Source: Candidatus Wildermuthbacteria bacterium RIFCSPHIGHO2_01_FULL_48_27b
GTDB taxonomy: Bacteria > Patescibacteriota > Minisyncoccia > Minisyncoccales > UBA10102
Direction of reading: 5' to 3'
Assembly (NCBI GenBank): GCA_001824915.1
Contig: MHTS01000009.1
Span: 1 to 38,245 of the forward strand
DNA length: 38,245 nt
Shown in pieces: positions 26,048 to 34,855 of this stretch (within the stretch, counting starts at the first letter, position 1; every line of letters starts with the position of its first letter). Under the pieces are notes generated by a model. That model had not been told where the DNA came from, made no database searches, and worked only from the letters and a program-made list of their open reading frames with translations. The translations under genes and the position numbers were made by a program.

Positions 26048-26599
26048 TTATTTCATTCGTTCCTTGTCGAATATGGTTTGGCGCTGATCGAGAGGCACCT
26101 TCATCATGTCGAGCCAGAACTTCCGCAGCAATACGGTGGCGATTCCAAGGCCCGTACCAAGCAGTAACAATGCCATATACATCGTTACAGAAGCAACTGT
26201 TATGTCGGTGCCGCCCGCGAATCCTCCATACAAATAGGCAAACCAACCGGCAAAGCTAAAAAAGTAAGCCGGGGCAAGCTCAAACCAATTCGTAAGCTCA
26301 AGCATCACAATAGAAGTACCCGCAATGAAGATAAGCACGGGCAAAGCAAGCGTACCTCCCAAGAACCCGGTAAACGTAGGAGCCAAATATACTACCAGCA
26401 CTCCTGCGACCGTGCCGCCTACCAACCCAATAAGCTCTTTTGGCACGCGGCTCAACTTCCCCGCTCCAGCTCCAAACACTAACGCCCAACTCAAGAACGG
26501 CACCCACAACACCAAGGCGTTGGCGGATCCTATGGCAACCCACAGCGCGGCAAGCACTCCTACTGAAGCTGCGACTGGCAAGAATTTCCCGAATGTCAT
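26048..26599 (-). CDS. DUF1097-like membrane protein
   Basis: About 6 TM helices; W..F.SWA..F..G and P..F motifs. Confidence 0.65.
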   Translation of the reverse strand: MTFGKFLPVAASVGVLAALWVAIGSANALVLWVPFLSWALVFGAGAGKLSRVPKELIGLVGGTVAGVLVVYLAPTFTGFLGGTLALPVLIFIAGTSIVMLELTNWFELAPAYFFSFAGWFAYLYGGFAGGTDITVASVTMYMALLLLGTGLGIATVLLRKFWLDMMKVPLDQRQTIFDKERMK

Positions 26600-26682
26600 G
26601 CTGTTTTTTTATAGTTATGATATTATAGACAAATACGAAAACGACCTTTATCGAAATTCTTTGCTTTTATTATACTTGAACC

Positions 26683-28461
26683 ATGCCTCCGCAGAAAATA
26701 ACTTATCCACATCCGCCAACTCGCCTCGCTTCCCGTCTCGACTCGGTCGAGCCGAGGCGGACGGCGGGCGGACCCGGGCGCACCCGTACGCTTGCCGACA
26801 AACCCAGAGGAATAAAACGCCCTATTTCCGAAAAAGAAAACCGCCGACAACAAGAGCTTTTGTTCGCGCTCGAAAAAGTTTCCCATGTGCTGACGGTTCA
26901 GGTGCAGTTGCAGAAAATTTTGGAGGATATGGCAGCCATTGTGGCAAAAGCACTGGGGGCGAAGTGGATAAACTTTTGGGAACTCACTCCCGACAAAAAA
27001 TCGGTGCACATCAGCGCTAGTTCCGGCATGAAACAATCCTATATTGACCAGTCAAAAGAGCACCCTATTCGAGTTGGTACTGCTTGGATTGGCAGGGCGG
27101 TAAAAACCGGCAAAATATGGGGGACAAATGACATCCTCACCGACTTCCACCTCATGAAAGACCTCGGACAAAGCTGGAAAGACGCGGTAAAAAAGCAAGG
27201 CTACCGCGCGCTTTTGTGCGTTCCCACCATAAGCAGACGTGGAATCGTGGGGGGGATGTGCGTGTACTATCCGGATCCGCACGAATTTACCGATTTTGAA
27301 ATGCGTTTGATGACAATTGCCGCAAACCAAGCGGCAACCGCCATTACGAACTCACAGATCTTTGATGATCTCATTGCCGAGAGGAACAAAACCATCGCTA
27401 TGCTAAACAGCCTTGCCGATGGATTAGTAGTGTACGATCTCCGTGGAGTCATAACTGCCTTCAACCCAAGAGCAGAGGAACTGCTTTGGCTCAATCGAAA
27501 TACGGTTCTGAAGAAAAATATACATACCATTCCCACGCGGGGGAAACAGGAACTTCAAAATCTCAAAGAACTTTCCCTTCTTGAGATGCACGAGTTTGAA
27601 AGCCGCGAGTTTTCTATTGCCGCCCCTCAACGCATTAGTTTGTTAATCACCCACCTGCCCGTGCGCGACGCGCAAGATCGGAAGATCGGCACGATGAGAG
27701 TACTCCATGACGTTACCAAAGAAAAAGAGGCCGAAGAACTCAAATCCAGCTTTATCTCCATTGCGTCACATCAGCTCCGCACTCCGCTTTCCGGCATCAA
27801 GTGGGCTTTAAATCTGCTTCAAGAAGAAACCAGACAATCTCTTTCCCCGCAGCACCAAAACCTCATCGCAAAAACCTACCAAACAAATGAGCATTTGATT
27901 TCCCTCGTAAACGACCTCCTCGATACTTCACGCATTGAGGAAGGGCGATTTGGATACGAATTCCAAAAGACCGATCTTCTTTCCCTGGCGCAGAGAACTC
28001 TAGAAGATCTTGCTCCCCTCATCGCAGAGAAACCAAAAGTTAAGATCGCATTTGAAGCGCCGGCCACTCCCCTTCCGCTTATTTCTGCCGATCCTAAGAA
28101 GCTAACAATGGCGCTCTACAATGTGTTTGAAAACGCGATTAAGTACACTCCAAAAGGGCACATTAAAATTGTGTTCAAGCTCACTCTCGCTTCCATAAAC
28201 ATTATCGTAAGCGATGAGGGAATCGGAATCCCCAAAGAACAACAGAAGTTTCTCTTCACCAAATTTTTCCGCGGCCGCAACGCCATCTTGCTGCAAACGG
28301 AAGGATCGGGACTTGGACTCTGGATTGCAAACGAAATCATTAAAAGGCACAAGGGGAAAATTGTGCTTGTCGAAAGCGCGGAAAATGAGGGAACAACATT
28401 TCTCCTGCGCTTTCCGATAGACGCCAAACGCATGCCTAAGGGCAAGGTTAAAGGCCTATAA
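26683..28461 (+). CDS. Cytoplasmic sensor histidine kinase (GAF-PAS-HisKA-HATPase)
   Basis: H-box SHQLRTPL, N-box ENAIKYT, G1 DEGIGI, F-box, G2 GSGLGL; no TM segment. Confidence 0.93.
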   Translation: MPPQKITYPHPPTRLASRLDSVEPRRTAGGPGRTRTLADKPRGIKRPISEKENRRQQELLFALEKVSHVLTVQVQLQKILEDMAAIVAKALGAKWINFWELTPDKKSVHISASSGMKQSYIDQSKEHPIRVGTAWIGRAVKTGKIWGTNDILTDFHLMKDLGQSWKDAVKKQGYRALLCVPTISRRGIVGGMCVYYPDPHEFTDFEMRLMTIAANQAATAITNSQIFDDLIAERNKTIAMLNSLADGLVVYDLRGVITAFNPRAEELLWLNRNTVLKKNIHTIPTRGKQELQNLKELSLLEMHEFESREFSIAAPQRISLLITHLPVRDAQDRKIGTMRVLHDVTKEKEAEELKSSFISIASHQLRTPLSGIKWALNLLQEETRQSLSPQHQNLIAKTYQTNEHLISLVNDLLDTSRIEEGRFGYEFQKTDLLSLAQRTLEDLAPLIAEKPKVKIAFEAPATPLPLISADPKKLTMALYNVFENAIKYTPKGHIKIVFKLTLASINIIVSDEGIGIPKEQQKFLFTKFFRGRNAILLQTEGSGLGLWIANEIIKRHKGKIVLVESAENEGTTFLLRFPIDAKRMPKGKVKGL

Positions 28462-28539
28462 AATAGTTGCGCAAACTCTCATATCGTGGCATAGTAAAAC
28501 TAGACCTTAAAAGCATCCCATATCCTAAGGAGAGCCGTC

Positions 28540-29700
28540 ATGAGAATGAAGTGGCTGTGGGTTTCCAGCGTCTTTTTCTGGGTCGCCCTGTACGCGACCT
28601 TCGCCACGATCTCTGTACAGGCAGAGCGCGCCGCGCAGTTCGCCCTGTTCGGCGTTGGCATAATGTTGGGATTCTTTGGAGCAGGACTTCTATTCGTAAG
28701 AATTCCAATCGGCCTGCTCGCAACCCGCATGGACAGAAAACTTCTGTTCTTTGTCGGGCTGTGCGTCGTTCTCGTCGGCAACATCGTTGTGCCGGTTGCC
28801 TCCCCTAATCCTATCGCGCTCTTCCCCTCTCGCTTCTTGCTGGGAGTGGGAGCTGGATTCTGGATAGTATCGAGCGTGATGTTTGTTGAGCACCACGACG
28901 ACAAACCAAAAGCTACGTCACGCATCACACTAACCTACGCTCTTGGAATTACAATCGGCGGACTCGGCGGAGGCGTACTCGCCAATATCGGAGACTGGAA
29001 CACGCCCTTTTGGGCAGGTGCTATCGCAGCTGGATTTGCGATAGCCACCCTTCTCCCAGTACGCGATATGGTCGAGCCGGCCGCGCCGCTTTCTCTGCGA
29101 GAGTTCCTCCAGCTTTCCCGACAGCCACAACTACTAATGGTGTCGACGCTTGGGGCGCTCATGTTCTTCGTGCTCACAGCGACAGTTTTGGGTTTCACCC
29201 AGAACTTCGCCGCGCGGCTCGGCGCCAATCCTCTGTGGCTTGGCATCGTCTACTTCGCAATGCTCGCGCCCTACTCGCTTACCATAAGCATAGCGCATAG
29301 AGTACGCAGCAGAATCGGCACTGATTTCACTCTTGCGCTTGGGTTTGTCGCCGGAGGGATAGCAACAATGCTTATTCCTTTTGCAGGAAGCGTTGTCGTG
29401 CTTTCCCTTCTTCAGACCGTAGTTGGCGCAGGTCTGGGGCTTGTGTACTCCAGCTTGATGTGGCTGGCCATCAAAGACACTCCCCATAAAAACGAGAGCA
29501 TGGGAGTGTTTCAAACGATCTACGCTCTGGGATTCTTGATGGGCCCGATTCTCACCGGCCGAGTAGTAGGTACGACCTCGCTTGAGGCGGGATTTTTCTT
29601 AAACGGCGGCCTTGCGCTCGCTGCCTTTGCGGCAATCGCGGCGTTCACCCTACTTCGAGGGTTCAGCATGCGATTCCGAAGATTCCCTCGCCTTGAGTAA
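28540..29700 (+). CDS. MFS transporter
   Basis: About 12 hydrophobic helices; motif-A-like GLLATRMDRK; SD AAGGAG 7 nt before the ATG. Confidence 0.85.
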   Translation: MRMKWLWVSSVFFWVALYATFATISVQAERAAQFALFGVGIMLGFFGAGLLFVRIPIGLLATRMDRKLLFFVGLCVVLVGNIVVPVASPNPIALFPSRFLLGVGAGFWIVSSVMFVEHHDDKPKATSRITLTYALGITIGGLGGGVLANIGDWNTPFWAGAIAAGFAIATLLPVRDMVEPAAPLSLREFLQLSRQPQLLMVSTLGALMFFVLTATVLGFTQNFAARLGANPLWLGIVYFAMLAPYSLTISIAHRVRSRIGTDFTLALGFVAGGIATMLIPFAGSVVVLSLLQTVVGAGLGLVYSSLMWLAIKDTPHKNESMGVFQTIYALGFLMGPILTGRVVGTTSLEAGFFLNGGLALAAFAAIAAFTLLRGFSMRFRRFPRLE

Positions 29701-29733
29701 AAGCCCCCAGCACACTGCCAGGGGCTTCTTTTT
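29699..29733. terminator. Probable bidirectional terminator between MFS and ndk
   Basis: AAGCCCC/GGGGCTT stem flanked by A and T tracts. Confidence 0.6.
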
Positions 29734-30337
29734 ATTCCAGAATTCCGTCTAAATTAACGTCGTAGAGAATTTTTTCCTGAATTATCTTATATTGCATGAG
29801 TTCGTCTTTGGAAAACCAATGGGGAATTTCTTTCTCCGCCTCTTCATGCGTGCCTGACGCATGGATAAGATTTCGCACCGCACGGCTATCTCCATCTGCC
29901 ATTTGATAAGAATCGAGCATATAGTCGCCCCGGATGGTCCCCACGTCTGAGGAACGGGGTTCTGTGCCTCCGGTGAGCTTTCGCACCACCTCCACGGCAT
30001 GCGCGCCCTGCCACACCATAGCCACCACCGGGCCTGCTGTAATATATTTTTTAAGCCCTTCGAGCACACGCTGTCCTACCTCTTCAGGATTCTCGGAAGG
30101 GGGCGTTAACCCTCTCTTTTTATAGCTTTCAATTGCTTTTTCCCCTACTTTCCGCTTCCAGCTAGGATCCAGCAAATAATGTTTCTCCACCATTTCTTCT
30201 GAAGGGACAAACATCTTCAAACCCACGAGCTTCAATCCCACGCGTTCGTAGCGATTGATAATCTCGCCCACGAGCGAGCGTTGAATGCCGTCGGGCTTAA
30301 TAATCGCGAGGGTTTGTTCTTCTTTTGGATGTGTCAT
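29732..30337 (-). CDS. ndk: Nucleoside diphosphate kinase
   Basis: TL.IIKPDG, GTIRGD and RNLIHASG; start MTHPKEE. Confidence 0.95.
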   Translation of the reverse strand: MTHPKEEQTLAIIKPDGIQRSLVGEIINRYERVGLKLVGLKMFVPSEEMVEKHYLLDPSWKRKVGEKAIESYKKRGLTPPSENPEEVGQRVLEGLKKYITAGPVVAMVWQGAHAVEVVRKLTGGTEPRSSDVGTIRGDYMLDSYQMADGDSRAVRNLIHASGTHEEAEKEIPHWFSKDELMQYKIIQEKILYDVNLDGILE

Positions 30338-30362
30338 AACAAAGGCTGACTTATTATTTACT

Positions 30363-31220
30363 TTACCAAATGCGCATTGCTGTTCCGTCACTTGTTATGA
30401 GTATATCCCCATTTAAGTCTGAACGCAAGACGGGGATGCCAAACGCGGCGAAACGTTCCAGCACCTCTTGAGCAGGATGCCCATAGCGGTTTTTCGCCCC
30501 TACCTGTATAACGGCAATCCGGGGCGATAAGGCGGCAAGAAAAGATTCAGAGCTCGAGGTCTTGCTGCCGTGGTGAGGCACTTTCAGAACATCTGCGCGC
30601 AGATTATCTTTTTCCTCCAGCAATTTCTGCTCAATTGTTTTCTCAATATCGCCAGTAAAGAGGAAAGAACGACCACCAAACACGAGCCGAGAAATAATAG
30701 AAGTATTGTTTACCGCTCTGGCGCTAGCTATAGCAGAAGCGTCAGGATACAAAATCTCCAGAAAAGCGTTTGCGGAATTTTGCGACCAGACGAGTTTTTG
30801 CGGAGCGCGAGCCAGAATGACTCGAGCATCTTCTGCCAGAAGCGCTCTCTCCCAAGCCGCGAAAATATTGGTGTCCTTCTCTACGCCAGTCCACAAAACA
30901 TTCTTCACGGCATAGCGCTTAAGCACATCCACCAAGCCGCTTATATGGTCTGCTTCCGGATGGGTTAAAACCATCAAGTCAATTGTTTGGTCCCAAAAAG
31001 GCATTGCTTTACCAAGCTTTTCACTGACTACTGAACTAGGCCCGCCGTCAATCAAAATTTGATGGGCTTGGGGCGTTTCGACAAAAATTGCATCGCCTTG
31101 CCCGACGTCAAAGAATGTTACGCGCAAACCACTCCCAGCCGCCACATACCCCCAAGCTACCCAATTGGCAAATAATAAAGCGCACAACAGCCCTATTGCA
31201 TATCCTCGCCATTTCTCCAT
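30363..31220 (-). CDS. ComEC/Rec2-type metallo-beta-lactamase fold protein
   Basis: DVGQGD, LIDGG, THPEADH, FTGD, HHGS and N.YGHP motifs; N-terminal TM. Confidence 0.9.
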   Translation of the reverse strand: MEKWRGYAIGLLCALLFANWVAWGYVAAGSGLRVTFFDVGQGDAIFVETPQAHQILIDGGPSSVVSEKLGKAMPFWDQTIDLMVLTHPEADHISGLVDVLKRYAVKNVLWTGVEKDTNIFAAWERALLAEDARVILARAPQKLVWSQNSANAFLEILYPDASAIASARAVNNTSIISRLVFGGRSFLFTGDIEKTIEQKLLEEKDNLRADVLKVPHHGSKTSSSESFLAALSPRIAVIQVGAKNRYGHPAQEVLERFAAFGIPVLRSDLNGDILITSDGTAMRIW

Positions 31221-31235
31221 TGGATTATTCTAACA

Positions 31236-31261
31236 CAAAGCCACGCCAGATATGGCGTGGC
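31236..31261 (-). terminator. Terminator hairpin
   Basis: GCCACGCCA-N4-TGGCGTGGC followed by UUUGU. Confidence 0.6.
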
Positions 31262-31293
31262 AGAGACATTGTGGCCAAAATCCCTAATATACT

Positions 31294-31461
31294 TTATGCC
31301 GCGGACATCGGAAGGATCTTGAACATCCCCGTTCCACAAACAGGGCAAGTTCCTTTCATAGCGGGGCGCGTGCCGCCGCCTTTCTTCTTGATCTCGGTCT
31401 TTTCCTCGTTCGTCATCTCGCGCTTTGCCTTACACTTTACGCAGTAGCCTTCGGTTGGCAT
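31294..31461 (-). CDS. Small Zn-ribbon protein, DUF5679-like (55 aa; not in ORF track)
   Basis: MPTEGYCVKCKAKREM...RPAMKGTCPVCGTGMFKIL; promoter TTGACG-17-TAAGCT at 31512-31540. Confidence 0.85.
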   Translation of the reverse strand: MPTEGYCVKCKAKREMTNEEKTEIKKKGGGTRPAMKGTCPVCGTGMFKILPMSAA

Positions 31462-31571
31462 AGAAAAAATAAATAATTAAAGCTGATAGAATGACCTTGA
31501 ACTATTACTTTAGCTTAAATTAAAGCAGAGGATACGTCAAGCTTCTTTTCCCCACTCCCTCTCGAATATAC

Positions 31572-31602
31572 ACATGAACTCCCCGCTTAGAGGAGTTCAT
31601 GT
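31572..31602 (-). terminator. Hairpin after CxxC-x17-CxxC gene
   Basis: 11-bp perfect stem ACATGAACTCC/GGAGTTCATGT. Confidence 0.6.
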
Positions 31603-31608
31603 ATAGTC

Positions 31609-31785
31609 TTATCTTCGGAAGTCTCTTCGTGGCCTGCTGTCTCGGTGCTTGCTGTAGCAGTCGCTACAATACACCGGACGGTCGCCGCTTGGCTTAAACG
31701 GCACCTGGGTATCTTTGCCGCAATCGGCGCATACCGCAGGAAACATTTCACGTTCGAATCGTCCGTACTGATTCTCGTTTTCCAC
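31609..31785 (-). CDS. CxxC-x17-CxxC domain protein (58 aa, GTG start; not in ORF track)
   Basis: REMFPAVCADCGKDTQVPFKPSGDRPVYCSDCY. Confidence 0.88.
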   Translation of the reverse strand: MENENQYGRFEREMFPAVCADCGKDTQVPFKPSGDRPVYCSDCYSKHRDSRPRRDFRR

Positions 31786-31879
31786 TAGTATTGAGAAGTT
31801 AAAATCAACTTCGGTTCTCAGTGTGCCACTTTTTTATGAAGGCACAATACTACATATACTTCGACGAGAGTACACGGGT

Positions 31880-31909
31880 ATCGTATCACCCCTTGACCTG
31901 TTTTGTCAA
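31880..31909 (-). promoter_or_regulatory. Promoter of CxxC-x17-CxxC gene
   Basis: TTGACA-18-TACGAT with TG extension. Confidence 0.6.
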
Positions 31910-31917
31910 CCCCGCTT

Positions 31918-32133
31918 ATAAAAGCCAAACCCCCCTTTGTGGAGGAGGTAAGGAGGCTTTCTTCTGTGGCCCGAGGGCTCTCCGCCTGCTTTGAGCCCTC
32001 GGGCCCGGTGCTAAGGAGAATCTCTCGCTGCCATAGTAAGTTTACGGCTTTATTTTTTTATTCGACCTTTTTTGCCCCCTTCTTTTTTCTCAGTAAAATA
32101 GTTAATGTTGTTTGTTTTTTAAACCTTTCTTCC
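31918..32133 (-). ncRNA. Candidate sRNA (~215 nt) with anti-SD motifs
   Basis: Consensus promoter upstream, 13-bp perfect hairpin 31968-32005, terminator-like 3' stem; the only AUG-initiated ORF has 7 codons. Confidence 0.5.
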
Positions 32134-32139
32134 ACTTTC

Positions 32140-32168
32140 ATTATATTTTTTATTCCATATGCTGTCAA
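32140..32168 (-). promoter_or_regulatory. Perfect consensus sigma70 promoter
   Basis: TTGACA-17-TATAAT. Confidence 0.85.
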
Positions 32169-32236
32169 TATCTAAAACAACGAATCATTGCTCGCGTTTA
32201 ACTTGTGCGGTTTTCCACAAGTTATTAACAACACGT

Positions 32237-33055
32237 CTACTGCAAAAATACAGAGATAATGGTGAGAACGCCAAACAGAAAAACAAAATAAGCAAAATTA
32301 ACGTTGCGGGCAATACGGAACAACAGATGAATACTAAGGATACCGAAAAGAAACGCGAAAATAGCGCCAAAAATCAAGGAGGTATTCAGCTCAATCCCCC
32401 CTTTCGCGTACAAAAAAATATTGGCGCCAAGCACTGCCGGCAAGCTCATTAAAAAGCTTATGCGCAGAGCGGTGGTGTCTGAATAGTTTCGCAAAAGCAA
32501 AGCAGAAATAGTTAAACCGGAACGCGAAAGCCCGGGCAAAACCGTAAGCCCTTGGATAACACCAAGTAGAGCGCTGTCGCGATCCTGCAAATCCGGGGCC
32601 TCTTTCTGCGCGGCGCGCTTTTTCCGTTTTGCCTGAAATTGCAAAAGCGCGGTTCCCAAAAGCAATATCCCAACGCTTCCGGTAACAACTTTTGTAGAAG
32701 CCATTATGTCCCGTTCTACGGAAGGCAAAATTACTGCAAACACAAGGTAGCCGACTGCCGCGCCCAAAAGCGTCGAGAGCAAGAGAAACCGAGCCATCCG
32801 TTCAGTCTCGCCTTCCTGGAATATGCGGCGAGGACGAAACAGTATTTTTATAAGAGCAATTACGTCATCGCGCAAATACCACGCTGCTGCCAAAAACGTA
32901 CCGAGATGCAAAAACAGGGCAAATCCAATGAGTTCCGTTACGGTTTCTTCTCCTCCGAAGAAATTTGCTTTCACGAGTATAACAGCCGCTTCCGAGCTTA
33001 TCGGCAGCCACTCTGTGATTCCCTGAATTATTCCTAATATAATTCCTTCAAGCAT
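32237..33055 (-). CDS. uppP: Undecaprenyl-diphosphatase
   Basis: GIIQGITEWLPISS, LH.GT, PGLSRSG.T and SFLMSLP motifs. Confidence 0.93.
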   Translation of the reverse strand: MLEGIILGIIQGITEWLPISSEAAVILVKANFFGGEETVTELIGFALFLHLGTFLAAAWYLRDDVIALIKILFRPRRIFQEGETERMARFLLLSTLLGAAVGYLVFAVILPSVERDIMASTKVVTGSVGILLLGTALLQFQAKRKKRAAQKEAPDLQDRDSALLGVIQGLTVLPGLSRSGLTISALLLRNYSDTTALRISFLMSLPAVLGANIFLYAKGGIELNTSLIFGAIFAFLFGILSIHLLFRIARNVNFAYFVFLFGVLTIISVFLQ

Positions 33056-33071
33056 AACACATCATGCATAC

Positions 33072-33554
33072 TTATCCCCAAAACCTATATTTTCGAGAGA
33101 CAAAAGGTTCTAATCCCCATGCGCGGCCAGCACGAAAAACCGCAAGTGCCACGAACGCCAACGCATAGACGATATGCTCGTCAACAAGAACCGAATTCAT
33201 ACCAATATAGGGTACCGTAATCTGCGGGAAGAATTCAAACGCTTTCATCTCAACAGCCGGGAAATAATAAAGCAGCATTAATATCGCTCCACCTATTGAA
33301 CTCACGCGCACAAACACGCCAAGCAAGAGCGAAACGCCAAGCAACGTAAGGCCCCATTCGTTTACGAGGTTTGTGATAGGCAGAATCCCGGGTGATGCCA
33401 ACCAGCTGTAAAATGCCGGAAATGTTTTTGCGTTGTTGAGGTATCCCGCCGCCGACCAGTCAGAATCCAGCACCTTCGTAATCCCCGTGTAGAAGAACAG
33501 CAACCCCAACCCCACCCGCAGCAAGAATAAAGAGCTTTTTTCGTACAGAGTCAT
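33072..33554 (-). CDS. DoxX/DoxD (TQO small subunit)-like membrane protein
   Basis: LRVGLG..F..G..K, WG..L.G..L.LG and VDEH..Y motifs. Confidence 0.82.
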   Translation of the reverse strand: MTLYEKSSLFLLRVGLGLLFFYTGITKVLDSDWSAAGYLNNAKTFPAFYSWLASPGILPITNLVNEWGLTLLGVSLLLGVFVRVSSIGGAILMLLYYFPAVEMKAFEFFPQITVPYIGMNSVLVDEHIVYALAFVALAVFRAGRAWGLEPFVSRKYRFWG

Positions 33555-33597
33555 TTATATAGTATACACCAAACACGCCGACAATCCCACCGTTTGT

Positions 33598-34416
33598 CTA
33601 TACCAAAGTGTAGGTTTCCTGGAGGAGGCGATTGGCGAGCGAGGGGTGGAAACCGAATTTTTTCTGCAGATCGGACAGAGAATACTGAAGGAGATCGCGC
33701 ACAAACATAAGATTTTGTTTTGCAAACTGCTCTTTTACAAAGCGATTAGCCGATGACAATACTGTTACTGGATACAGGGACTTCCCTTCTATAAGTTGCT
33801 CTAAGCTTCCCGATTTTGGATATTGCCAGCCAAGAAGCTGGATATTCATGCAAGTAGCATAGGTAATCGCACTTTTGGTAAACTTGGTGTTCGTAACCAC
33901 CCATGCTACGTGTTTTTTCTCCTCAAATTTTTTATGTGCCGCCGTAATGTCCAAGAATCTGGCATATGAGTACATTGCCACCTGCACATCGGTTTTGAAT
34001 CCCCTTCTATTGTGATATTTGAGTTCTATAATATGGTGCACATTCTCTTTTTCTGCCAGAATGTCAATTTCGTGGGAAAGACAATGCCCCTTCATAATTG
34101 TCCCCACTTGAGTTTTGTATCCATACTCTCGTAGAATGGCTGCCACATATTCTTCAAAGAAAAATCCGGCAGGCCCAAGCTCCATAATGGCGCTTCGCAG
34201 GCGGTATCGCGCGGCGAGCAGTAAATCTTCTTTCGCGAGGTAGCGCACGGTCTTCTTTTCTATTTGTTCGGTGCTGGCGTTAGGACGAAGCTCTTGTTCA
34301 ACCAAAACACACACTTTCCGCACCACTCTATCGGGCGCGCCTGCGAGCCGAAGCGAACGACAGAACTTATCGCGATCAAATGTTTCCGTTTCTCCGGAAC
34401 CCTTCAAAATATCCAT
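33598..34416 (-). CDS. ATP-cone plus Mrr-like PD-(D/E)XK endonuclease
   Basis: N-terminal I.K.SG..E.FD..K...SL..AG (ATP cone); G..FE.YV, HEID..A...IELK and VTNT.FT..A (Mrr-cat); start MDILKG. Confidence 0.8.
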   Translation of the reverse strand: MDILKGSGETETFDRDKFCRSLRLAGAPDRVVRKVCVLVEQELRPNASTEQIEKKTVRYLAKEDLLLAARYRLRSAIMELGPAGFFFEEYVAAILREYGYKTQVGTIMKGHCLSHEIDILAEKENVHHIIELKYHNRRGFKTDVQVAMYSYARFLDITAAHKKFEEKKHVAWVVTNTKFTKSAITYATCMNIQLLGWQYPKSGSLEQLIEGKSLYPVTVLSSANRFVKEQFAKQNLMFVRDLLQYSLSDLQKKFGFHPSLANRLLQETYTLV

Positions 34417-34855
34417 GATAAATGAAATAAACTGATATGACAAACAAAGATGTAGTCAACAAGCCGGAAACCAAGCAGTAGAAACAAAGCGCGTCCAGCA
34501 AAACTATCTGCGCGAACACAAACCAAAGCGTAGCTAAAAATCCTCCTATCGGCAAAAGCACAGCCCCCTTCAGAAATACCGCGTTTTTACGATCAAGAAA
34601 CGCGACAATCAAAAGCAAAACCGCAAGGTAGTAAAAAGCTCCAAACAGCGCCACAGGCATCCCAAATACAGTGGCATACTGGCTGCTTAAGACCTGTTCG
34701 CATCCATTCAAAATAGAACAAGGTATTTCAAACCCGAGGTAATGCTTGGCTGTAAGGTAAGCAGCATCGAGAAATCCCGCGAAACTCAAACCCAGCATGC
34801 AAAATATCCACCAGCGGGGCACGGGTTTACTCTGCAGGTTCTGCGGAAGTTCCAT
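34376..34855 (-). CDS. Vitamin K epoxide reductase (VKOR) family protein
   Basis: C..L.GC..VL.S.Y...FG.P and C-terminal CFYC motifs. Confidence 0.92.
   Translation of the reverse strand: MELPQNLQSKPVPRWWIFCMLGLSFAGFLDAAYLTAKHYLGFEIPCSILNGCEQVLSSQYATVFGMPVALFGAFYYLAVLLLIVAFLDRKNAVFLKGAVLLPIGGFLATLWFVFAQIVLLDALCFYCLVSGLLTTSLFVISVYFIYHGYFEGFRRNGNI

Noticed and set aside
32058-32141. 27-aa ORF MKVEERFKK…
   Set aside because: Its ATG lies within the -10 hexamer, upstream of the predicted transcription start
32040-32230. oriC (AT-rich tract plus DnaA boxes), also considered for 24300-24350
   Set aside because: Too few boxes, no dnaA/dnaN nearby and no switch in gene orientation
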